64,000 nt of DNA from a virus. The notes beneath the pieces are model-generated. The model was not told the origin of the DNA. It did no database searches and saw only the letters and a list, made by a program, of their open reading frames with translations. The stretch is taken from IMG/VR virus record IMGVR_UViG_3300045988_075126, positions 64,137 through 128,136 of that record, one strand, 5' to 3'. The position numbers and the translations under genes were made by a program. Shown piece after piece: positions 58,107 to 64,000 of this stretch. Within the stretch, counting starts at the first letter, position 1; each line of letters begins with the position of its first letter.

Positions 58107-58634
58107 TTATTGATTATCTTTTTCTTCATTCATTTTCAGAATTAGAGCCGCATAGTATTTATAGAGTTCCTGTAATTCAAACACAGACCAATTCTTTGCT
58201 TGATGTTTCATTACCTCCAATAAATCAACTTGTTGCTCTCCGAGCCGCTTTACTTCTTCCATATCTAAAGGAACATGAGGATGCTTTTGCAAATAAGCCA
58301 ATCTTCCAAGCTTCATTACTAAATTCTTTCTATAACCGATAAGATGGTCAGAAGAGAATCTGTTACATCGTTTGCATTCCGCATTCTGATTACGTGTATC
58401 AAAGCGCAAGCTCATATGAGTTCGTCCGCAATAATGCCCATTGTCTGCTTGGTCGATTGGTAATATTCGTCCACAACTGATGCATCTGAAGTACTTATAG
58501 TGAAACTCCCTAGAGTCTCTCATGCGGATATAAACCGACATAAGTCTATCTAGCTTATCAACCCACTTTTGCTTCTCGCTCCTTTGGCGTTTAGGCTTCT
58601 TTCCTCCTTTGTTGAATCTATCATAATATCCCAT
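58107..58634 (-). CDS. ninG: NinG/Rap-like recombination endonuclease
   Basis: ..FRCISCGRILPIDQADNGHYCGRTHMSLRFDTRNQNAECKRCNRF.. matches the Cys/His pattern of lambda NinG-family proteins. Confidence 0.6.
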   Translation of the reverse strand: MGYYDRFNKGGKKPKRQRSEKQKWVDKLDRLMSVYIRMRDSREFHYKYFRCISCGRILPIDQADNGHYCGRTHMSLRFDTRNQNAECKRCNRFSSDHLIGYRKNLVMKLGRLAYLQKHPHVPLDMEEVKRLGEQQVDLLEVMKHQAKNWSVFELQELYKYYAALILKMNEEKDNQ

Positions 58635-58667
58635 AATCTTTATCCTTTATCAAACCAAAAGTCATAG

Positions 58668-58740
58668 TTGCTGCTGTGGGGGTCGAACCCACAACCTTTT
58701 TCCGATTTTGGCGGACGTTCTACCATTGAACTAAGCAGCA
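58668..58740 (-). tRNA. irregular tRNA (anticodon loop CCAAAAT; isotype unresolved)
   Basis: Acceptor TGCTGCT/AGCAGCA, D arm GTTC-AATGGTA-GAAC, T arm GTGGG-TTCGACC-CCCAC. The anticodon stem has only 4 clean bp (TCCG/CGGA) and the loop lacks U33. Confidence 0.5.
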
Positions 58741-58793
58741 CCACCCCATAGGGGGATTTCAAACTAATTAAATAATAAGAAAAATGAAAAGCC

Positions 58794-59252
58794 TTACTCC
58801 TTTGGTTTACCCATATGCAAGAATACATCCATGATTGATGTTTCCTTAAGACTTGTAATATTGTAATCAATCATAGTCTTACCCATAATCTCATCTACAT
58901 TCTTACGAGCCTTTTCAATGGTATCACCCTGCACAAGATAACGAACCTTGGTCTTCTTCTCCTTGCCAAATTTTTCGTCAAAAGTAATCATGTTAATACT
59001 GCAATCGTAGTATTTATCCTCACTATCTACTTCTGAAAGGAACAACTCGGAGAAACCAGCTTTCTTTATAGTGACAATCTCCATATCACCATTTGTGTAC
59101 ACCGCCATTTCTTCTGTAGTCTTAGCCTCGCATTCTGACCATGACAAGGCATCTACAACATATTGTTCAGTAGTCTTGGCGTTCGTTCCATCTTCTAGAG
59201 TCTTCTCATAACGAACACCTACAATAAAATACTTTCCTGTTAATGATTTCAT
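58794..59252 (-). CDS. hypothetical protein
   Basis: ORF track; ATG start; no domain I can name with confidence. Confidence 0.6.
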   Translation of the reverse strand: MKSLTGKYFIVGVRYEKTLEDGTNAKTTEQYVVDALSWSECEAKTTEEMAVYTNGDMEIVTIKKAGFSELFLSEVDSEDKYYDCSINMITFDEKFGKEKKTKVRYLVQGDTIEKARKNVDEIMGKTMIDYNITSLKETSIMDVFLHMGKPKE

Positions 59253-59301
59253 ATTCTTATATCTTAAATTACTGAATGTGGTATTTTTGTCACCTACATC
59301 C

Positions 59302-59778
59302 TTACAAAAACTCTTTATTTAATTCTGCTTGCCTCTCCACCTGCGTCTGCCATACCATATAAGCATGGTCTTGCGGAGTCGGTATGTATAATCCTCTTTC
59401 CATAGAGCAATGATGAAGCCATCGGTCTATACATAAAGACATTTCTTCTTTGTCAAGGTCTGGTATGTGCCTCCAATATTGAAAGGTCTTTCCTTGCTTA
59501 TTCTCACGCTCCCTAAGAAAAACATCCTTATTTACACGTTTGAACTCTTGTTCGATATAGTCCTTGGTATATCCCTCTTCTATAGCTACATAAGTGATTG
59601 TTACCCACAGATAAGCATTCTGTTGTATTGTCCTAGATTGTTGTCTTTCTTTAAGGTCAACAACAAAGAACTTCTCATTATAATAATCACCTTGTAGTTT
59701 CTTGGCTTTGGCTATCATTGCCTTAGTCCGTTCCTCGAACTTTTCAAGCTCGACAGGATTCAACATATTATATACCAT
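59302..59778 (-). CDS. ninB: NinB/Orf-like recombination mediator (tentative)
   Basis: ..QSRTIQQNAYLWVTITYVA.. resembles the R(S/T)..QN..LWA core of NinB-family proteins; sits in the recombination module. Confidence 0.45.
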   Translation of the reverse strand: MVYNMLNPVELEKFEERTKAMIAKAKKLQGDYYNEKFFVVDLKERQQSRTIQQNAYLWVTITYVAIEEGYTKDYIEQEFKRVNKDVFLRERENKQGKTFQYWRHIPDLDKEEMSLCIDRWLHHCSMERGLYIPTPQDHAYMVWQTQVERQAELNKEFL

Positions 59779-59826
59779 CTTTCTTTAATGAAAGGTGGAG
59801 AAAATTAATTCTCCACCATAATAAGT

Positions 59827-60279
59827 TTAAAATGGTGCATCAGATGCGCTATTGCCACTTGGCTGCGCTGGTGGCATTGGGGCTGCACCTGCGGCTGGAG
59901 CTTGTGGTGGAAAAGGATTGTTAGCGGCAGCTTGCATTCCACCTTGTGGCGCATTGTTCTGTGCTTCTATCTTTTGCATCTTGTAGCCTCGAACCGATGT
60001 GAACCAATCTGTTGTACCATCCTTCTTCGTTCCTTGATATGATTCAACGTCAAAGAATACTTCAGCAATATCCCCGACATTAAAACCATCCGGAACATGT
60101 ACATTCTTACCACTGAATTCAAAGATGATGCGCTTTTCGTAGCCACGTTCACCTGTCAAACCATCGAAACGTGTTGCATCAAGCATCAAACGTCTCTTTT
60201 CAAATGGTTCTTTACCTTGTCTCTGAATAGATTGAATGCCTTCGATAGCAACAATCTTACCCTTATAACTATTTGCCAT
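59827..60279 (-). CDS. single-stranded-DNA-binding protein-like (DUF3127-type OB fold with SSB-like tail)
   Basis: OB-like N-terminal 100 aa, G/Q/P/A-rich linker, C-terminal tip ..SDAPF analogous to the SSB D-D-D-I-P-F tip. Confidence 0.6.
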   Translation of the reverse strand: MANSYKGKIVAIEGIQSIQRQGKEPFEKRRLMLDATRFDGLTGERGYEKRIIFEFSGKNVHVPDGFNVGDIAEVFFDVESYQGTKKDGTTDWFTSVRGYKMQKIEAQNNAPQGGMQAAANNPFPPQAPAAGAAPMPPAQPSGNSASDAPF

Positions 60280-60307
60280 AACTTAAAATATTTAATAAAA
60301 CAATAAA

Positions 60308-61234
60308 TTATCCAACTCGTTTCAAGGTCAAACTAGGCTTTACCTTAGTTACCTTTTTGTACTTTTCCAATAGATGGTTGTAAGCCTCTTCATCATCCGC
60401 ATCAAAAGCCTTCGTGTCTAACGTAACTCTCTCAGAAGCGGACTTCAAAGAATAAGTGTAAATTGAAGTTTTATAAGAAGTGAGGTTGTCATTTGACATA
60501 CCATCAAAGATAGCTGCCTTCAACTCCTTCTCCTGTTCTTGCAATTTAGCAATGCGCTCTTGAACGTCCATGAGTGCGATTTCGTTATCTATAATATAAT
60601 AAGGTGTCTTTGCATCATCACAATACAAACGACCTTCTTTCTCGCATCGGAACAATTCTTTAACATCACTCGCTGGTCTTGGCTTGCCTAATGGGATGAG
60701 TTTACAGATTGTTCCACGCTTCTCGTCATCACGCAACCACATACAACATATACGTGTAACCTTCAGATGAGGATTCAATGTTTCGAAACCGAACTTATAC
60801 ATTGAGTTCTGCCAACGCACATACTCCTTATTAACGGAATAAGTACCCTTAATATCCCAAATCTCAACCTCATTGTCCGGTGCATCAACATTGTGCATCA
60901 CCAAGTCGATTGCACTTGCATGGTCTTCTCCGATACGAAGGACATATTCGCTGCCAATAATCTCATATCCTTTCTCTTTGATATAAGCAACAAAAGCCTT
61001 GACACTCTCTGAGGCTGGCTCTATACCCAATGAAGCAAACAACTCAACCTGCTCGTGGATAATAGTGCCTTTTTCGGCAGCTTTTTTCAATACTTTTTCG
61101 CTTACGTTAGAGTACATGTTGGGGAAGACATACTGATGAAGCATACCTGTAATACCACTCAATTCACGACCATCATAAAAGTACTGGTGTGTGGAGTCCT
61201 CATAAAGGACTCTGCTGTTATTCAATTGTATCAT
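60308..61234 (-). CDS. PD-(D/E)XK family exonuclease
   Basis: ..GTIIHEQVE.., ..ASAIDLVMH.., ..EIWDIKGT.. give the H/E ... D ... (D/E)xK order; overlaps the annealase gene (ATGA). Confidence 0.6.
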   Translation of the reverse strand: MIQLNNSRVLYEDSTHQYFYDGRELSGITGMLHQYVFPNMYSNVSEKVLKKAAEKGTIIHEQVELFASLGIEPASESVKAFVAYIKEKGYEIIGSEYVLRIGEDHASAIDLVMHNVDAPDNEVEIWDIKGTYSVNKEYVRWQNSMYKFGFETLNPHLKVTRICCMWLRDDEKRGTICKLIPLGKPRPASDVKELFRCEKEGRLYCDDAKTPYYIIDNEIALMDVQERIAKLQEQEKELKAAIFDGMSNDNLTSYKTSIYTYSLKSASERVTLDTKAFDADDEEAYNHLLEKYKKVTKVKPSLTLKRVG

Positions 61235-62139
61235 ACTAATCTTGATTTAAATTGTGTCAACTTAGCTAAGAACTCTGCATTCTTTTGATATTCTGGATAA
61301 GCATCATAAACTGCTTTTAAATTCTTCTTGCTCTGTGCGAGTTCCATCTTTCGTAATGCACATTTTCGTTTAAACTCTTCGGACTTCTGAAGGTCTGGAA
61401 ATCCGTTCCAAACTCTATCTACGTCCTCCCAAATCTGAGCCTGTTGCAATTGTGGATAAGCATACTGTTTTTGCTCATTAAGATTTTCATCTTTTTCTTC
61501 CTCGCTCTTTGGAGCTGGTTCGGAGCATCCATATACTTCTTTCTGCTTATTCATCCATTCAAGAACTTCTTGCTCGGTCATGCCACAATACCAACGTACA
61601 ATGTTATTCTCATCTTGAATGATGAGTTTTGTTATACATCTGTTAGTATAACCTACATATCCTACATGGAAAATTGTCTTCAACTTTCCGCTTTGAGAAT
61701 ATTCGGTATTTCGGTTGAGGTTGATGAATATCTTCTTGGGAGCAGTATACAATTCTCGACCGATACCTAAACAAGAGCATGCACGTTTGAAAGAATCACT
61801 TGCTTGACCTTTAACGGCTTCAGTGTTACTTGGTGTACCAACATCTTGTTTATCTATCCAACCGATACCTTCTTTATAAACGGAAACCGTACAAAAGAGG
61901 TTCTGACCAATAAGCTCATGCTTACGTTTCCAACCATAGATGCCGAACTTCTCATCTAATCGTCTCATGTCACATCTTGCGTCCTTATAAAGCAACAAGG
62001 AACACCAGTCCGGTGACTTCTGATTACCACCTTGACCGACACGGACTTCTATCTCATCCGCATCAAGGAGGCGAAACTCATAATCCTTAATTTCTACGTT
62101 CTGCCCTTCTACAGGCTTCGCTGTCTCATTCTCTGCCAT
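61231..62139 (-). CDS. Rad52-like single-strand annealing protein
   Basis: ORF track to 62178 (TTG); ATG 62139; ..EAVKGQASDSFKRACSCLGIGRELY.. is the Rad52/Sak-type signature. Confidence 0.6.
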   Translation of the reverse strand: MAENETAKPVEGQNVEIKDYEFRLLDADEIEVRVGQGGNQKSPDWCSLLLYKDARCDMRRLDEKFGIYGWKRKHELIGQNLFCTVSVYKEGIGWIDKQDVGTPSNTEAVKGQASDSFKRACSCLGIGRELYTAPKKIFINLNRNTEYSQSGKLKTIFHVGYVGYTNRCITKLIIQDENNIVRWYCGMTEQEVLEWMNKQKEVYGCSEPAPKSEEEKDENLNEQKQYAYPQLQQAQIWEDVDRVWNGFPDLQKSEEFKRKCALRKMELAQSKKNLKAVYDAYPEYQKNAEFLAKLTQFKSRLV

Positions 62140-62150
62140 AGTCGTATATT

Positions 62151-62432
62151 TTAAATAATCATTTTCTTTATCTGACAAGAAACAACAAGTTCATTGATTT
62201 CTTTGAGAGAATAATATCTAGGTGAGTTTTTACTTTCACCTACATATTCTTTCATTAACCTATTCTTGACCCATTTGTCAATCATCTGTTTTTCGAATCC
62301 TTTTGATGCAAGATAGCATTCGGCATCCTTTCTGCGTATCTTGTCGGAACGCAAGCCCATTTCGAATTGGGCATCCATCCGTCCCGCTTGAAATGCGACT
62401 GATACTAATTGCTTAATCTCGCTTAATGACAT
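62151..62432 (-). CDS. hypothetical early protein (first gene of the leftward operon)
   Basis: ATG 9 nt after the leader element; 93 aa. Confidence 0.6.
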   Translation of the reverse strand: MSLSEIKQLVSVAFQAGRMDAQFEMGLRSDKIRRKDAECYLASKGFEKQMIDKWVKNRLMKEYVGESKNSPRYYSLKEINELVVSCQIKKMII

Positions 62433-62440
62433 ATTCTTTC

Positions 62441-62465
62441 TACAGTTTTTATGGTGTGTCTCACC
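62441..62465 (-). promoter_or_regulatory. conserved leader element, type A
   Basis: Minus strand GGTGAGACACACCATAAAAACTGTA; ATG 62432 is 9 nt after ACTGT. Confidence 0.65.
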
Positions 62466-62471
62466 TTTTTA

Positions 62472-62483
62472 TGTAATATTACA
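62472..62483. promoter_or_regulatory. perfect 12-bp palindrome TGTAATATTACA (operator candidate)
   Basis: Lies in the switch region; related half-sites AAGTTAC (62506, 62656) and TGTTTAC (62545, 62642). Confidence 0.4.
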
Positions 62484-62501
62484 AAAAATATATTAAATTT
62501 C

Positions 62502-62532
62502 TTGCAAGTTACGATATTTTTATGTATATTTG
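62502..62532 (+). promoter_or_regulatory. Bacteroides-type promoter for the repressor gene
   Basis: TTG 62502-62504, 20-nt spacer, TATATTTG 62525-62532. Confidence 0.6.
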
Positions 62533-62556
62533 CAACATATTTAATGTTTACGAGTG

Positions 62557-62588
62557 CAAAGATAAGAAAAGTATCGCAAATATGCAAA
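62557..62588 (-). promoter_or_regulatory. extended phage promoter for the leftward early operon
   Basis: Reverse complement CACTAATTTATTTGCATATTTGCGATACTTTTCTTATCTTTGCA: -33 TTTG (62585-62588), 20-nt spacer, -7 TATCTTTG (62557-62564). Confidence 0.65.
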
Positions 62589-62694
62589 TAAATTAGTGTT
62601 TAAATATACTATATTAACCTTTATTATCTTTAAACTCTAAATGTTTACATAAATTAAGTTACACATGCGCTTACTGCGTATTAAATTTTAGGTT

Positions 62695-63825
62695 ATGAAT
62701 AGTGCATACGAAAGACTGAAGGCTGTAATCACTGCTTTGGGTTACACTTCAAATGAAAAATTCGAGGAGACCGTAGGCTTAGGACATGGCTTCGTAAGCC
62801 GTATAACTAATCGTGTATCTTCCAAAAGCTTGCAAGCTATAACGAGAAAATTTCCGCAGGTAAATCCAAGTTATATTAGGACAGGAATGGGGGAAATGTT
62901 CATCTCTTCACCTATAAAGGTAAGCGAAAACGAAAACGCAAAGACTAGACTGCGTGAGTATCTTAAATATAAAGGAATTACCAAACGTGAATTTTGCGAC
63001 AAAGCCGATGTGGCCTCTAACTTTCCAATCATAGGGAAAAATGGTGTGTTCACGGCAAGGGTATCTTATAGAGTAAATTCTAAATTCCCAGATCTTAATA
63101 TGGATTGGCTAGCTAATGGAGCTGGTGAAATGTTGCAGCCGGAGGCTAATATTGAAAAATTCAACAACTACAAAAGCAGAATTGCGCCATTCTGTACGGA
63201 GATGGGAATTAGTACTACATTCTTCTTGCGGAAATGTAAGAGCTATACCAGTGCAATTAACAGGTTGCCGGATATGCCTAGCGAGACTTTCTTGAAGAAT
63301 ATCTCTTTGGCTTACCCTCAGCTAAATTTGAATTGGCTTAAGACTGGAGAAGGAAAGATGTTTAATGACGACATCAAGTCGAATATCAATTCAAGCGTCA
63401 GCTTTGTTCCTCTTGTTCCACAGATGGCTTATGCAGGTTATCTCAGCGGATATGCAGATGATGTATATATATCATCGCTCCCTACAATCCCTATTGTAAA
63501 GGAAGATAAAGAAAAGTACGTAGCATTCGAGGTAAGCGGTGATTCTATGGATGATGGCTCGTCTAGAGCTTATCAGAATGGAGACATCGTTATATGTAAA
63601 GTCTGCCCTGACTACATGGTCAAGAGCAATGGACTTCATATAGACGGAAAGGAATATATCATAGTTCATAAAGAAGGTATTCTGTTGAAGCGTATCATTG
63701 ACTTGGATATGAATAATGGAAAGCTTATATTGCGTTCCTTTAATCCTACCTATCGTGATTTAGAGTTGGATTTAGTAGATGTGAAGCAGCTCTTAGTTGT
63801 GGAATATCAGCAGAAAAGGAAATGA
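62695..63825 (+). CDS. CI/LexA-like repressor: three tandem CI-type HTH repeats + S24 peptidase domain
   Basis: Repeats end ..NPSYIRTGMGEMF, ..NMDWLANGAGEML, ..NLNWLKTGEGKMF; C-terminal FEVSGDSMDDG (Ser) and ..ILLKRI (Lys) = S24 autoprotease dyad. Confidence 0.75.
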   Translation: MNSAYERLKAVITALGYTSNEKFEETVGLGHGFVSRITNRVSSKSLQAITRKFPQVNPSYIRTGMGEMFISSPIKVSENENAKTRLREYLKYKGITKREFCDKADVASNFPIIGKNGVFTARVSYRVNSKFPDLNMDWLANGAGEMLQPEANIEKFNNYKSRIAPFCTEMGISTTFFLRKCKSYTSAINRLPDMPSETFLKNISLAYPQLNLNWLKTGEGKMFNDDIKSNINSSVSFVPLVPQMAYAGYLSGYADDVYISSLPTIPIVKEDKEKYVAFEVSGDSMDDGSSRAYQNGDIVICKVCPDYMVKSNGLHIDGKEYIIVHKEGILLKRIIDLDMNNGKLILRSFNPTYRDLELDLVDVKQLLVVEYQQKRK

Positions 63826-63864
63826 TAATGTAAAGTATATTTGTATGTTCTGTGGAGTAGGCTT

Positions 63865-63893
63865 GCAAAAAATGTCGCAAAATTGCCGCAAAA
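63865..63893. repeat. three phased GCAAAA repeats
   Basis: GCAAAAAA (63865), GCAAAA (63877), GCAAAA (63888): 12- and 11-nt spacing, just upstream of the tRNA-like fragment. Confidence 0.4.
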
Positions 63894-63942
63894 TGATTAT
63901 TCACCTGTAGTGTAAGCTACTATTGCTTAGATATTTATTGAT

Positions 63943-63999
63943 ATTCCGAGCAACAGCCTTCTAAGCTGTGGGTCTTGGGTTCGAACCCCAACGGAATCA
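63943..63999 (+). tRNA. tRNA-Arg(TCT)-like fragment lacking a D arm (possible att core)
   Basis: Anticodon arm ACAGC-CTTCTAA-GCTGT, variable GGGTC, T arm TTGGG-TTCGAAC-CCCAA, 3' acceptor CGGAATC. Upstream ATTCCG pairs with CGGAAT but only 4 nt (AGCA) replace the D arm. The window ends here. Confidence 0.5.
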
Positions 64000-64000
64000 C

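Noticed and set aside
58640-58870. 76-aa minus-strand ORF
   Set aside because: It overlaps the tRNA at 58668-58740 and the 3' end of gene 58794-59252.
1-64000. Stop-codon reassignment (as in some Bacteroidales phages) and suppressor tRNAs
   Set aside because: Long genes (2177-aa tape measure, 362-aa capsid, 390-aa helicase, 376-aa repressor) are intact under the standard code with all three stops in use at gene ends. None of the tRNAs has a CTA, TCA or TTA anticodon.
1-64000. CRISPR arrays, reverse transcriptase/DGR or retron signatures, transposases
   Set aside because: No regularly spaced direct repeats with unique spacers were seen. The repeated promoter/leader cassettes are kilobases apart and precede genes. 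No RT (YxDD) or transposase motifs were seen in any ORF of 60 aa or more.

Overview
The whole 64-kb window reads as one stretch of a large temperate tailed dsDNA phage or prophage of a Bacteroidota host. I saw no host housekeeping genes. The host call rests on at least 18 intergenic matches to the Bacteroides -33 TTTG / -7 TAnnTTTG promoter consensus and on the near absence of Shine-Dalgarno sequences. There are about 150 ORFs (mostly under 150 aa, standard code) plus 6 tRNA or tRNA-like genes and one tRNA-like fragment at the right edge. Layout: 0-5.0 kb holds small early-type genes with an XRE regulator. 5.0-7.4 kb holds an RHH-like regulator, an ASCH protein and two envelope morons. 7.6-14.1 kb is a 2177-aa tape measure protein standing alone. 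14.1-14.7 kb is hairpin-rich non-coding DNA. 14.7-16.2 kb is a minus-strand cassette (secreted protein, GIY-YIG nuclease, XRE/Zn-ribbon regulator). 16.5-26.2 kb holds a second diverged copy of the early module, an AntA-type antirepressor, ThyX, RNase H and an SPFH lipoprotein. 26.4-26.8 kb holds five tRNAs. 27.6-29.1 kb holds an amidoligase plus class-II amidotransferase pair. 29.4-34.9 kb is a lambda-like head/tail block (scaffold, D-like, gpE-like major capsid, connectors, major tail, G/GT chaperone with a -1 frameshift) that is NOT followed by the tape measure. 35.7-40.9 kb is a DNA-modification island (frameshifted Dcm, two beta-class MTases, a Mom-like protein, two HNH nucleases). 41.9-51.6 kb is a hyperplastic array of about 40 tiny ORFs. 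51.6-62.4 kb is a minus-strand replication/recombination/nucleotide module (dUTPase, HU, replisome organiser, SF2 helicase, NinG, NinB, SSB-like, PD-(D/E)XK exonuclease, Rad52-like annealase, one tRNA). 62.4-63.8 kb is an immunity switch with a three-HTH S24 (LexA/CI-like) repressor. The window ends in a tRNA-Arg-like fragment that may be an att core. No terminase, portal, baseplate/fibre, lysin, integrase or DNA polymerase is visible, so the element extends beyond the window. The most unusual sequence-level signal is a 10-copy conserved leader element: a hairpin with compensatory stem changes plus an A-rich ACNGY box 8-9 nt before start codons. It is embedded in a family of extended phage promoters. 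All domain calls come from motifs read by eye; no database search or folding program was available.
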